The position numbers and the translations under genes are program-made. A stretch of 64,000 nt of DNA from Candidatus Galloscillospira stercoripullorum (GTDB taxonomy: Bacteria > Bacillota > Clostridia > Oscillospirales > Oscillospiraceae), in the NCBI GenBank assembly GCA_018715695.1, contig DVLB01000027.1:6728-70727 (forward strand), in the 5' to 3' direction. Shown piece by piece: positions 1 to 9,636 of the stretch (position 1 is the stretch's first letter; each line of letters starts with the position of its first letter). A model generated the notes under the pieces. The model made no database searches. It was not told the origin of the DNA and worked only from the letters and a program-made list of their open reading frames with translations.

Positions 1-842
1 GGGAGGAGGACACCCTTACCCTGGTGGCCACCACCTATCCGGTCTATCTCTTTACCACCGCCGTCACCCAGGGGGCCGAAGGGGTGGAGGTAAAGCTGCT
101 GGTCAACCAGCAGACCTCCTGCCTCCATGACTATACCCTTACCGTGGGGGACATGAAGGCCATCGAGGGGGCCGACGTGATCGTCATGAACGGCGCGGGG
201 CTGGAGGATTTCCTCTCCGACGCCTTGGCAGGCTCCCAGGCTGCGGTCATCGACTGCTCCGCGGGGGTGGAGATGTTGGAGGAGAGCGGCCATGAGGGCC
301 ACGACCATGACACCACCTGGGACCCCCATATCTGGATGGATCCGGAGCGGGCGGCGCAGATGACGGAGAACCTGGCCGAGGGCCTGGCCGCGGCGGACGA
401 GGCAAACGCCGCGCTTTACCGGGAAAACGGTACGACCACGGCGGAGCAGCTGCGCGCGTGCGCCGAGGAATGCCGCGCTATGGTGGAGCGGTCGGAGGTA
501 ACCTGGTCCCTCATCACCTTCCACAACGGCTTTGGCTACTTTGCCGACGCTTTTGGCCTGACTATCCTCAAGGCCATCGAGGAGGAGGAGGGAGCGGAGG
601 CCAGCGCCCAGGAGATCAGGGAGATTGTCGCCCTCATCGGGGAGTATGACCTCCCCGCCATCTTCACTGAGGTCAACGGTTCCGACTCCACCGCCCAGGC
701 CATCGCCCGGGAGACGGGCTGCGGCGTGGCGCAGCTGGACATGATCATGAGCGGCGACGGAAGCGGCATCCAGCCCTATCTGGACGCCATGACCCAAAAC
801 GTACAGACTCTGGTGGACGCTTTGGGTGAAGGAAAGGTCTGA
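1..842 (+). CDS. Metal (Zn/Mn-type) ABC transporter substrate-binding protein, ZnuA/TroA family; N-terminus lies left of the window
   Basis: The frame of ORF 24..842 stays open back to position 1. It has a His/Asp-rich loop (HEGHDHD) and is followed by matching ATPase and permease genes. Confidence 0.8.
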   Translation, partial: EEDTLTLVATTYPVYLFTTAVTQGAEGVEVKLLVNQQTSCLHDYTLTVGDMKAIEGADVIVMNGAGLEDFLSDALAGSQAAVIDCSAGVEMLEESGHEGHDHDTTWDPHIWMDPERAAQMTENLAEGLAAADEANAALYRENGTTTAEQLRACAEECRAMVERSEVTWSLITFHNGFGYFADAFGLTILKAIEEEEGAEASAQEIREIVALIGEYDLPAIFTEVNGSDSTAQAIARETGCGVAQLDMIMSGDGSGIQPYLDAMTQNVQTLVDALGEGKV

Positions 843-847
843 GCAAG

Positions 848-1615
848 ATGAGCGTACACAAACACGGCGACTTATCCAGCGGCTGCAGCGGCTCTTGCTG
901 CCTGCGGGTGAGCGGGCTGGGGGTGGACATGGGGGATGGCGTGCTGCTGCGCGATGTGTCCTTCCACCTCCACTGTGGAGAGATCGTGGCGCTGATTGGG
1001 CCCAACGGTGCGGGGAAATCCACCCTGTTCAAGACCATCCTGGGCCAGTTGAGCCACACCGGTGAGATCGCCTTTGAGCGGTTTGGCGGCGGGCGGGAGC
1101 GCCCTCTCATCGGCTATGTGCCCCAGTCCCCCGCCTTTGACCGGGGGGACCCGGTGAGTGTGCTGGACTTTTTCGCTGCGGCTATCTCCGACTACCCGGT
1201 CTTTTTACCCATTCCCCGGAAGCTGCGGGAGCGGGTGAAGACGTGCCTGGAGCGGGTCCACGCGGGGGAGCTTATCGACAAGCGGATGGGAGCGTTGTCC
1301 GGGGGCGAGCTGCAGCGGGTGCTCATGGCCATGGCCCTGGAGCCCCTGCCCCATATCTTGATCCTGGACGAGCCTCTCTCCGGCGTGGACATCGACGGGG
1401 AGCGGCAGCTTTTGGATATGCTTGACGAGATCCGCACGGCGTATGATCTCTCCATCCTCCTCTCCACCCACGACTTCTCCACCCTGCGGCAGTACGCCGA
1501 CAAGGTGATACTGCTGCGCAAGACGGTGCTCAAAGTGGGCAAGCCGGAGGAAGTCCTCTCCTCGCGTGAGTTTCAGGAGGTCTTCCACCTGGACCTGGGA
1601 AAGGGGGGCGTGTGA
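848..1615 (+). CDS. Metal ABC transporter ATP-binding protein (ZnuC-like)
   Basis: Walker A GPNGAGKST, ABC signature LSGGELQR and Walker B ILILDEP. It lies 5 nt after the binding-protein gene. Confidence 0.88.
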   Translation: MSVHKHGDLSSGCSGSCCLRVSGLGVDMGDGVLLRDVSFHLHCGEIVALIGPNGAGKSTLFKTILGQLSHTGEIAFERFGGGRERPLIGYVPQSPAFDRGDPVSVLDFFAAAISDYPVFLPIPRKLRERVKTCLERVHAGELIDKRMGALSGGELQRVLMAMALEPLPHILILDEPLSGVDIDGERQLLDMLDEIRTAYDLSILLSTHDFSTLRQYADKVILLRKTVLKVGKPEEVLSSREFQEVFHLDLGKGGV

Positions 1616-2466
1616 TGGAGCTTTGGTACGCGCTGGTGGATCTGCTGCCCTTCTCCTGGGCGGAGCCGGGGCAGATGTACTTTATGAAAAACGCCCTGCT
1701 GGCGGTGCTGGTCATCTCGCCGCTGTTCGGGCTTTTGTCCACCATGGTGGTGCAGAGCCGGATGTCCTTTTTCTCCGACGCCCTGGGCCACTCCGCCTTT
1801 ACCGGCATGGCCATCGGCTCCATTGCCGGGCTTTTCGCCGAGCCGCTGTGGTGCGCGGTGCTCTTTGCCATCGCCTTTTCGCTGCTCTTCTCCTTTGTCC
1901 GGCGGCGCACTAGCCTTGCCAGCGACACGGTCATCGGGGTCTTTTCCTCCACTGCCGTGGCTCTGGGCATCTTCATCGCCACTCTGGACGGAGGGAGCTT
2001 CACCCGCTTCAACAGCCTGCTCATCGGCGATATTCTCAGTGTGGAGCCGGGGAAGATCGGCCTGCTGGCCGTCATTTTGCTCCTGACGGTGCTGCTGTGG
2101 GTTCTTTCCTTCAACGGCCTGATGCTCTCTGCCGTCCATCCCGCCCTGGCTGACAGCCGGGGGGTGCGGGTGTTCTGGCAGGAGGCGCTCTTCTCCGCGG
2201 TCATCGCCGTGGTGGTGACCATCGCCATGACTTGGGTGGGCCTCATGGTCATCAACTCCCTGCTGGTACTGCCCGCCGCGGCGGGGCGCAACCTGGCCCG
2301 GAACATGCGGCAATATCACCTGCTCTCCGTGCTGGGAGCTCTGGTCGCCGGGATTGCGGGACTTATGACCTCGTATTATATCGACGCCTCCGCTGGCGCC
2401 ACCATCACGCTGTATCTGGCGGCCTGGTTCGCCGTTACCTTTCTGCTGCGCAAGGGGCGGCAGTGA
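1612..2466 (+). CDS. Metal ABC transporter permease (ZnuB-like)
   Basis: Polytopic hydrophobic 284-aa protein whose start overlaps the ATPase stop by 4 nt. Confidence 0.85.
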   Translation: MMELWYALVDLLPFSWAEPGQMYFMKNALLAVLVISPLFGLLSTMVVQSRMSFFSDALGHSAFTGMAIGSIAGLFAEPLWCAVLFAIAFSLLFSFVRRRTSLASDTVIGVFSSTAVALGIFIATLDGGSFTRFNSLLIGDILSVEPGKIGLLAVILLLTVLLWVLSFNGLMLSAVHPALADSRGVRVFWQEALFSAVIAVVVTIAMTWVGLMVINSLLVLPAAAGRNLARNMRQYHLLSVLGALVAGIAGLMTSYYIDASAGATITLYLAAWFAVTFLLRKGRQ

Positions 2467-2523
2467 GTAGGATGCCTCTTCGCGGGGCACGCTGAGAGAA
2501 AGAGAAAGGAAGGAGCCTTTGTT

Positions 2524-3585
2524 ATGAATCACCTGAAGAAGATCGCCGAAAAGCTGCCCGAGTACGGGCTGGACGCCATGCTCATCACCTCCGAGAGCGG
2601 GGAATTCTACGCCGTGGGCTTCCACGGGGAGGGCGTGGTTCTGGTCACGAAGGAGAAGTGCTGGTATGCCACCGATAGCCGCTATATCGAGGCGGCGGGG
2701 GCCATTGAGGGCGTGGAGCTGCTGCAGCTCTCGGCGGCCAAGAGCTACCGCCAGATGGTTGCCGAGCTGGTGTCGGAGCGGGGCATCAAGTGCCTGGGCT
2801 TTGAGGAGGAGCGCATGTCGGTGCGGGAGTACACCGCCTGGACCGAAGGGGTGCCCGCCCAGTTCCTGCCCGCCTCGGAGCTGCTCGCCGAGCTGCGCAT
2901 GGTCAAGGACGAGGAGGAGCTCGCTGCCATGGCGGAGGCCCAGCGCATCACCGATGAGGCCTTCACCGAGATCCTGGACTTCATCAAGCCTGGCCTCACC
3001 GAGTCGGAGGTGGCGGCGCGGCTCACTTATATCATGGCACGCAAGGGGGCCATGCGCAACTCCTTTGACCCCATCGTAGCCTGCGGCGCCAACGGCTCCA
3101 AGCCCCACGCCATTCCGGGGAGCAGCGTCATCAGCGCGGGGCAGTTCGTCACCATGGACTTTGGCTGCGTGGTGGGGGGCTACTGCTCGGACATGACCCG
3201 TACCGTGGCGGTGGGGGAGCCCAGCGAGGAGATGCGCCTGGTGTACGACACCGTTCTCAAGGCCCAGAAGGCGGGCATCGCCAAGGCGAAGGCCGGCGTG
3301 ACGGGCCGTGAGGTCCACATGGCGGCAGCGGATGTGATCGCCGCCGCAGGCTATGGGGACTATTTCGGCCACGGCTTTGGCCACTCCCTGGGGGTGGAGA
3401 TCCATGAAGATCCCCGCTTCAGCCCCGCCTGGGACAAGCCCATCCCCGCCGGGGCGACCCTCTCGGCGGAGCCGGGCATCTATCTGCCTGGACGCTTCGG
3501 TGTGCGCATCGAGGACGTGGTGGTGCTCCGGGAGGGCGGCTGCACGGACATCACCAACTCGCCCAAGGAGCTGATTATTCTCTGA
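2524..3585 (+). CDS. M24-family Xaa-Pro aminopeptidase
   Basis: Creatinase-like N-terminal domain plus an M24 metal-ligand pattern (DFG..GGYCSDMTRT, HGFGHSLG, EPG, RIED). The position upstream of efp is typical. Confidence 0.85.
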   Translation: MNHLKKIAEKLPEYGLDAMLITSESGEFYAVGFHGEGVVLVTKEKCWYATDSRYIEAAGAIEGVELLQLSAAKSYRQMVAELVSERGIKCLGFEEERMSVREYTAWTEGVPAQFLPASELLAELRMVKDEEELAAMAEAQRITDEAFTEILDFIKPGLTESEVAARLTYIMARKGAMRNSFDPIVACGANGSKPHAIPGSSVISAGQFVTMDFGCVVGGYCSDMTRTVAVGEPSEEMRLVYDTVLKAQKAGIAKAKAGVTGREVHMAAADVIAAAGYGDYFGHGFGHSLGVEIHEDPRFSPAWDKPIPAGATLSAEPGIYLPGRFGVRIEDVVVLREGGCTDITNSPKELIIL

Positions 3586-3663
3586 AACCCCTTGCCAACT
3601 GGGGAATTTTAGGGTAAAATAGTTTCGCTAAATGTCAAAAGCTTATTTTGGAGGATGAAACCA

Positions 3664-4227
3664 ATGATTTCTGCCAGTGATTTCCGCAACGGCATGACCT
3701 TTGAGATGGACGGCCAGGTGATGCAGGTCGTCGAGTTCCAGCACGTCAAGCCCGGCAAGGGCGCCGCCTTCGTGCGCACCAAGATGAAGAACGTCATCAC
3801 CGGCGGCGTGACCGAGACCTCTTTCAACCCCACCGCCAAGTTCGAGGAGGCCTTCGTGGAGCGCAAGGACATGGAGTACAGCTACAACGACGGCGAGCTC
3901 TATTACTTCATGGACCCCGAGACCTACGATCTGGTGCCCATCGACGGCCATGTGCTGGGCGACAACTTCCGCTTCGTCAAGGAGAACATGCCCTGCAAGA
4001 TCAACTCCTATAAGGGCAAGATCTTCGCTGTGGAGCCCCCCACCTTCGTGGAGCTGGAGGTCACCGAGACCGATCCTGGCTTCAAGGGCGACACCGCCAC
4101 CAACGTCACCAAGCCCGCCACCGTGGAGACCGGCGCTGAGATCAAGGTTCCTCTGTTCATCAACCCCGGCGACAAGATCAAGATCGACACCCGCACCGGC
4201 GAGTACCTGGAGCGCTGCAAGGCTTAA
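3664..4227 (+). CDS. efp: Elongation factor P
   Basis: [18 protein letters not shown]...[16 protein letters not shown] is the canonical EF-P N-terminus. GGAGG at 3650-3654 fits the ATG at 3664 better than the ORF-track ATG at 3655. Confidence 0.95.
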   Translation: MISASDFRNGMTFEMDGQVMQVVEFQHVKPGKGAAFVRTKMKNVITGGVTETSFNPTAKFEEAFVERKDMEYSYNDGELYYFMDPETYDLVPIDGHVLGDNFRFVKENMPCKINSYKGKIFAVEPPTFVELEVTETDPGFKGDTATNVTKPATVETGAEIKVPLFINPGDKIKIDTRTGEYLERCKA

Positions 4228-4517
4228 GCGTCTGAGCCGTCGCGAACAGCGCGGATGGACCGTAGCGAGGGGGAGGCCAAGGCCGCTTGCGGCATGGGCC
4301 GGAGCCCGAGACGGATGGAAGCCGCGCGTCGTGAGCAGGCGAAGCGTGATAACTTAAGCGTCTGAGCGCCCGGGAGCAGGCGCACAGCGAGCCGCGCAGA
4401 CGAAAAAACAGTTGCGCCGGAGGCGCAAGGCATTTTTCGCGCAGCGGAGAGCAGTGTGCCGTGGCGGAGGGCGCGAAGCGTGATAGTTTAAGCGTCTGAG
4501 CGCCCGGGAGCAGGCGA
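4224..4517. repeat. Three-copy tandem repeat starting at the efp stop codon (period about 130-134 bp)
   Basis: TTAAGCGTCTGAGC occurs at 4224, 4354 and 4488. Copies 2 and 3 share a 43-nt block (4341-4383 and 4475-4517) with 2 mismatches, while the sequence between cores is diverged. Confidence 0.8.
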
Positions 4518-4577
4518 AGCGTGTATCCATGGTCAACGGCCCTTTGCGGCCGACTGCTGAGAAAAGGAGAGCGTAAT

Positions 4578-5015
4578 ATGACCATTTCTGAGAAGGTAGC
4601 CTACCTCAAGGGCCTGGCCGAGGGCCTGGCCATCGACACCGAGAAGTCCAAGGAGGGCAAGCTCATCGGCGTCATCATCGACGTGCTGGAGGAGATCGGC
4701 CTGTCCATCGAGGACCTGGAGGAGAACACCGTGGCGCTGGGCGAGGAGATCGACGCCCTGTCTGACGACCTGTCCGATGTGGAGGATGTGGTCTTTGAGG
4801 ACGAGGACGACGAGGATGACGAGTGCTGCTGCTGCGGCGACGATGAGGACGAGGATTTCTTCGAGACTCCCTGCCCTCACTGTGGTGAGGACCTGGTCAT
4901 CGACCAGGCCGTGCTGGATGCCGGCGTGGTGGAGTGCCCCAACTGCAAGGAGAAGTTCTCCGTGGGCTGCGAGGACGACGGCTGCGGCTGCGGCTGTGAC
5001 CACGACCACGAGTAA
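4578..5015 (+). CDS. Acidic Cys-rich protein with a C-terminal CxxC...CxxC zinc-ribbon-like motif (conserved hypothetical)
   Basis: RBS AAAAGGAGAG lies 7 nt before the ATG at 4578. The protein has a long D/E tract, CCCC, CPHCG...CPNCK and a GCGCGCDHDHE tail. Confidence 0.65.
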   Translation: MTISEKVAYLKGLAEGLAIDTEKSKEGKLIGVIIDVLEEIGLSIEDLEENTVALGEEIDALSDDLSDVEDVVFEDEDDEDDECCCCGDDEDEDFFETPCPHCGEDLVIDQAVLDAGVVECPNCKEKFSVGCEDDGCGCGCDHDHE

Positions 5016-5065
5016 GTAAAAAAAATAAGAGAGGCCCGGCGCTTAAAAGGCGCCGGGCCTCAGTC

Positions 5066-5345
5066 TATCGAAAAACCTCCTCGCAGGGAAGTCTCACAGA
5101 GTTCCGTCGTCCGCAGACGACGGAATAAAATCAAAATCCGTTATTTCCGGGGACCTCAAACTCCCTCCTCGCGGCATAGCCGCTGCGGCCTACGCTAAAA
5201 ATGTGCCACCGGCACATTTTCTTTACGCTGCGGCCTCGGAAATGACACTTCTCATGACGGATGGGGTGACAATTTCGTAAGAAATCGAGCCCCGTCCGTC
5301 ATGCAGACTTTTGTTTGAAAAGACCTTTTGGTCTTTTCAAACAGT
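5066..5345 (+). repeat. Hairpin-mosaic intergenic repeat, family A (long copy)
   Basis: Collinear with the reverse complement of 9431..9636. Shared modules are CGCAGGGAAG, the hairpin TTCCGTCGTCCGCAGACGACGGAA, AATAAAATCAAAATCCGT, GGAAATGACACTTCTCATGACGGATGGGGTGAC...CCGTCATGCA and GAAAAGACCTTTTGGTCTTTTC. This copy has an extra internal block of about 85 nt. Confidence 0.85.
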
Positions 5346-5393
5346 CAAACCATCCCCCGCCCTTGTCAACAAGAGCGGGGGATGGTGGAGATC

Positions 5394-6566
5394 TTATTCA
5401 TAACGCAGCGCGTCGATGGGGTTTAAGCGGGCTGCCTTGTCGGCGGGCAGGTAGCCGAAGAGCACACCCACCGCCAGAGACACCCCGGCGGAGACCAGGA
5501 TGGCAGTGAGGGAGGCCTTGGCGGTGATGCCCACGATGCTTCCCGCCACTGTGGCCAGGATCACCCCCAGCACGATGCCGATGACGCCTCCCAGGATGGA
5601 GGTGGTGCCCGCCTCAATGATGAACTGCCGGCGGATGTCCCTCCCCTTGGCCCCCAGTGACTTGCGGATGCCGATCTCCCGGGTGCGCTCGGTGACCGAG
5701 ACCAGCATGATGTTCATGATGCCGATGCCGCCCACCAGCAGGCTGATGGCGGCGATGGCCACCAGGACGGTCATCACCGTGCCCTGGATGTTGCCCATCA
5801 TGGTCATCATCTCGCTCATGGAGATGACCAGGTAGTGCTCATCGTCGCCGTAAAACCGCTCCAGCGTGCTCTCGATGAGGGCCTTGGCGGCTGCGTTTTG
5901 CTCCTCCCCGGCGGCGGAGAAGAGGTACTGGCTGATGCTGGCGCTGCCGTTTAAGCGGGTGGCGTTGGTGTAGGGGATATAGACGGCGTTGTCGCCCCCA
6001 TAGGAGGTGTTGTCGGCCTGCTCGGTGAGGATGCCCACCACGGTGTACTCGTTGCCGTTGAGGCGCAGCGTCTCTCCCAGGCCGTCGCCGCCGAAGGCCT
6101 CCTCATCCACATAGGAGCCGATGACGCACACGTTCTGCATCCGCTCCACGTCGATATACTGGATGAAGCGCCCTGTCCGCAGCTCCAGGCTTTTGACGGC
6201 CAGGTACTCCTCCCCCACGCCGGTGACGGAGGTGCTCAGGGTCTCTGCCCCCGTCTTGACCGCCGCGGCGCAGGAGACGCTGGGGCTCATGGCGGCGATG
6301 AGGGAGGGGTTTTCCTCCTTGAGGGCGTACATCTCCTCCTGGGAGATGCTGCTTGCCGCGCCCCGGTCCATGATCTGGACCTGGAGGAGGTTGGTGCCCA
6401 TCTTCTCAAACTCGGAGTTGATCATCTCATTCATGCCGTCCCCCAGGGAGATGATGACAATGACCGCCGCCACGCCGATGATGATGCCCAGCATGGTGAG
6501 CAGGGAGCGCATCTTGCTCACCGCCAGGCTCTTGAGGGCCAGGCGGAAGGACTGTGCCGCGCTCAT
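5394..6566 (-). CDS. ABC transporter permease, MacB/FtsX type
   Basis: N-terminal TM segment, a large extracytoplasmic domain and a C-terminal FtsX-like 3-TM bundle. It overlaps the upstream ATPase gene by 4 nt. Confidence 0.85.
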   Translation of the reverse strand: MSAAQSFRLALKSLAVSKMRSLLTMLGIIIGVAAVIVIISLGDGMNEMINSEFEKMGTNLLQVQIMDRGAASSISQEEMYALKEENPSLIAAMSPSVSCAAAVKTGAETLSTSVTGVGEEYLAVKSLELRTGRFIQYIDVERMQNVCVIGSYVDEEAFGGDGLGETLRLNGNEYTVVGILTEQADNTSYGGDNAVYIPYTNATRLNGSASISQYLFSAAGEEQNAAAKALIESTLERFYGDDEHYLVISMSEMMTMMGNIQGTVMTVLVAIAAISLLVGGIGIMNIMLVSVTERTREIGIRKSLGAKGRDIRRQFIIEAGTTSILGGVIGIVLGVILATVAGSIVGITAKASLTAILVSAGVSLAVGVLFGYLPADKAARLNPIDALRYE

Positions 6567-7291
6567 GCCTCCACCTCCTCTCCCTCGTCGTGGGGCTGGA
6601 CCACGGCCCGGGGATCGTGGGCGTCCCCGTCGTAGATAACTCTGCCGTCCTGGAGGCGGATGATCCGCTGGGCCCGGACGGCGATGGAGTTGTCGTGGGT
6701 GATGAGGACCACGGTGTGGCCCTGGGCGTTGAGCCGCTGGAGGAAGGTGAGCACCTCCCGGCCGGTGCGGGAGTCCAGGGCGCCGGTGGGCTCGTCGGCC
6801 AGGATGACGGGGGGATTGCCCGCCAGGGCCCGGGCGATGGACACCCGCTGCTGCTGGCCCCCCGAGAGCTGGTTGGGCCGGTTTTTGTACTTGTCGGCCA
6901 GCCCCACCTTCTCCAGGGCGGTCATGGCGGCGGCGCGGCGCTCCGCTGCGGAGAGCCCGCCATAGAGCAGGGGCAGCTCCACATTCTCCAGCACGCTGAG
7001 GGTAGGGATGAGATTATACTGCTGGAAGATGAAGCCCAGCATCTTGTTGCGGATGACCGCCTGCTGGTCGTCGTCCAGGGTGGACACGTCCGCCCCCGCC
7101 AGTTCATAGGTCCAGCTGGTGGGCACGTCCAGGCAGCCGATGATGTTCATGGCCGTGGACTTGCCTGAGCCGGACTGGCCCACGATGGCCACGAACTCCC
7201 CCTTCTCAATGGAGAAGGACACCCCGTCCAGGGCACGGACCGCCGTATCCCCCATGGGATAGAGCTTATATACGTCGGTAAAACGGATCAT
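6563..7291 (-). CDS. ABC transporter ATP-binding protein, MacB/LolD type
   Basis: Walker A GQSGSGKST, signature LSGGQQQRV and Walker B ILADEPTGALD. Confidence 0.9.
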   Translation of the reverse strand: MIRFTDVYKLYPMGDTAVRALDGVSFSIEKGEFVAIVGQSGSGKSTAMNIIGCLDVPTSWTYELAGADVSTLDDDQQAVIRNKMLGFIFQQYNLIPTLSVLENVELPLLYGGLSAAERRAAAMTALEKVGLADKYKNRPNQLSGGQQQRVSIARALAGNPPVILADEPTGALDSRTGREVLTFLQRLNAQGHTVVLITHDNSIAVRAQRIIRLQDGRVIYDGDAHDPRAVVQPHDEGEEVEA

Positions 7292-8463
7292 GGCGTCTCC
7301 CCCGCTGCGCCGCTCGCCATGCCGCCGGCAAAGCCGCCGCTCATCAGCTGCTCCATAAGGGTGGTAGCCTGGGCCTCATAGACCACCGTCTCCCCCGCCT
7401 CCAGGCCGGAGAGGATCTCGATATAGTCCTCATCATTGCGGCCCAGGGTCACCTGGCGCTCCTCCAGACGGGAGTAGTCGGGATTACCGCTTCTGTCGTA
7501 GGCGTCGGGGGGCAGGACCTGCACCACGTCCCCCCGCTGCACCATCTCCACGGGGACGGTGAGCACATCCTCGGCATGCTCCACCAAAATCTCGGCGGAG
7601 ACGTTCATGCCCGGCAGAAGGCCCTGGGCCTGGTCGATGTCCACCGTCACCGGATAGGTGGTCACCCCGTTCATGGCGGTGCCGTTGATGTTCACCCGGC
7701 TCACATGGCCCGTGAAGGTCTCTCCGGGCAGCGCGTCGGCGGTGATGCGCACCTCCTGGCCCACCTGGATCTCATTGATATACAGCTCATCCACCCGCAT
7801 TTCAAAGGTGAGGGAGGACATGTCATAGATCACCGCCAGGTAGCCGGCGGTGGTGGCGTCCAGGTTGTCCCCGGTCTTGTAGTTCTTCTCGATGACGGTA
7901 CCCGAGATGGGGGAGGTAAGGGTGTAGGCCGAGAGCTGCTCCTGGGCCGACTCCAGGGAGAGCTCGGCCGAGCGCAGGGAGAGCCGGGCGTTTTCCACCT
8001 GGCTGTCAGGGGCGCCGCTGCTGAGAAGGCTCTCGTAGCTCAGCCGGGCCTGCTCCACGGCGATCTCAGCCCGCTCCACGGCGATCTCCACGTCCCCGGC
8101 GTCGATGCGGTAGAGCAGGTCCCCCTGCTCTACCTGGTCTCCCTCCTCAAAGGGGGCCTCCAGGATCTCCCCCCGGACCAGGGCGGTGAGGCGGTAGGCC
8201 TCCGCCGGCTCCACCGCGGCGGTGCCCGAGACCGACACGGTGATGTCCCGGTAGTCGGCGGTACCCAGGGTGTAGAGGCTGCTGCTGAGCTTCTCCCGGG
8301 CGCTCATGACGCCGCGCACCGCCAGAATCAGCACCAGCGCCAGCACCACCAGCACGGCGATGAGCGCCGTGCGCCATCTCTTCTTTTTCCTGGGCGCGGG
8401 GAGACTGATCTCCGGGGCGGCCGCCGGGGTCTTTTTTTCCTGCTTATCCATAGCTCGGCTCAC
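7288..8463 (-). CDS. Efflux transporter periplasmic adaptor (HlyD/MacA-like membrane fusion protein)
   Basis: N-terminal TM anchor, a coiled-coil hairpin region and beta-barrel motifs. It is the first gene of the three-gene efflux operon. Confidence 0.8.
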   Translation of the reverse strand: MSRAMDKQEKKTPAAAPEISLPAPRKKKRWRTALIAVLVVLALVLILAVRGVMSAREKLSSSLYTLGTADYRDITVSVSGTAAVEPAEAYRLTALVRGEILEAPFEEGDQVEQGDLLYRIDAGDVEIAVERAEIAVEQARLSYESLLSSGAPDSQVENARLSLRSAELSLESAQEQLSAYTLTSPISGTVIEKNYKTGDNLDATTAGYLAVIYDMSSLTFEMRVDELYINEIQVGQEVRITADALPGETFTGHVSRVNINGTAMNGVTTYPVTVDIDQAQGLLPGMNVSAEILVEHAEDVLTVPVEMVQRGDVVQVLPPDAYDRSGNPDYSRLEERQVTLGRNDEDYIEILSGLEAGETVVYEAQATTLMEQLMSGGFAGGMASGAAGETP

Positions 8464-8660
8464 TTTCTTTCCATGCGATAGATTTTCCTTTTTAGGATAG
8501 TGACCTGTTTTAGTTAAGTCAATCGAAACGGGGCAAAATTCTTACAATGTTCATATTTTCCAAGGCGGAGCGAAAAATTTCCCCTGCCGGGGCAATTTTT
8601 TCATTTTCTCAGGTATAACCCCTGTCCGACCCGTCCACAATATGGCTCGGAGGTGTTCCC

Positions 8661-9383
8661 ATGAAGAAAAAAGCGATCTTGGAACGCATCGGCGACTTTA
8701 TGGCGGGAAAGGGCTTCTACATAGTCCTGTTCCTGTGCGTCGCCGCAATAGGAATCTCGGGCTATTATCTCGTTTCCACCATGAACCCCGGCGAGGGCCA
8801 GACGGTATCGGGCAACGTCCAAGTGACCGTGAACCCCAGTCCCCTGGTCACCGCCACCCCCAGCCCCACTGAGACCCTCAAGCCCACCCAGACCCCCGCG
8901 CCCACGCCCTCTCCCACTCCCGCGCCCACACCCACGCTCTCTCCCACTCCCGTGCCCACCGTGGCGGCCACCGGCTTCACCTGGCCGGTGAAGGGAGAGG
9001 TGATCGGCAACTTCTCCCTGGAGGTGCTGGCCTATGACCAGACCATGGGCGACTGGCGGGTCCACTCCGCCCTGGACATCGCCGCCGAAAGCGGCACCCA
9101 GGTCCGCTCCATCGCCCGGGGCACGGTGAGCGCCGTGTTCGACGATGACCTGATGGGCACCACCGTGGTCATCGACCACGGGAACGGTCTTAGCAGCATC
9201 TACGCCAACCTGGCCATCACCCCCACCGTTTCGGCGGGTGACGAGGTGGACATGGGAGAGGTCATCGGCTCGGTGGGCAATACCGCCATCGCCGAGAGCG
9301 CCAAGGCAAGCCATCTCCACCTGGAGATGCAGAAGGACGGCCAGGCGGTGGACCCCATCAACTACCTGCCCGACCTCCAATAA
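8661..9383 (+). CDS. M23-family peptidoglycan metalloendopeptidase with TM anchor and Pro/Thr-rich linker
   Basis: HSALDIAA, VVIDHGNGLSSIYANL and SHLHLEM match LytM/M23 zinc-site motifs. A TPSPTP-type linker is present. Confidence 0.85.
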   Translation: MKKKAILERIGDFMAGKGFYIVLFLCVAAIGISGYYLVSTMNPGEGQTVSGNVQVTVNPSPLVTATPSPTETLKPTQTPAPTPSPTPAPTPTLSPTPVPTVAATGFTWPVKGEVIGNFSLEVLAYDQTMGDWRVHSALDIAAESGTQVRSIARGTVSAVFDDDLMGTTVVIDHGNGLSSIYANLAITPTVSAGDEVDMGEVIGSVGNTAIAESAKASHLHLEMQKDGQAVDPINYLPDLQ

Positions 9384-9430
9384 TCGCTTTCCACCCGGGA
9401 AGGGGGACCCTGATGGTCCCCCTTCCCAGG

Positions 9431-9636
9431 GCTGTCGGAAAAGGCCAAAGGTCTTTTCCGACAAGGGGTTGCATGACGGATAGGGTTCGATTTCTGGCGA
9501 AACTGTCACCCCATCCGTCATGAGAAGTGTCATTTCCAAGGCGCATGTCCTTGGAAATGACGGATTTTGATTTTATTCCGTCGTCCGCTGACGCCGGAAC
9601 TTAAGCGAGGCTTCCCTGCGGGGAGGTCTTGCCAAA
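9431..9636 (-). repeat. Hairpin-mosaic intergenic repeat, family A (short copy, inverted relative to 5066..5345)
   Basis: Its reverse complement aligns module by module with 5066..5345. It is bracketed by two copies of a 31-nt hairpin, GGGAAGGGGGAC-N7-GTCCCCCTTCCC, at 9397-9427 and 9641-9671. Confidence 0.85.

Noticed and set aside
4224-4517. A possible CRISPR array, suggested by the repeat-spacer look of the efp downstream region.
   Set aside because: It has only three copies. The repeat cores are of unequal length (14 to 43 nt), the spacing is about 130 nt, the first repeat is part of the efp gene end, and no cas genes are present in the window.
8601-9539. A 312-aa minus-strand ORF across the M23 peptidase gene and into the family-A repeat.
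   Set aside because: It is antisense to a motif-supported gene, its composition is Gly-rich and low in complexity, and its start falls inside the intergenic repeat.
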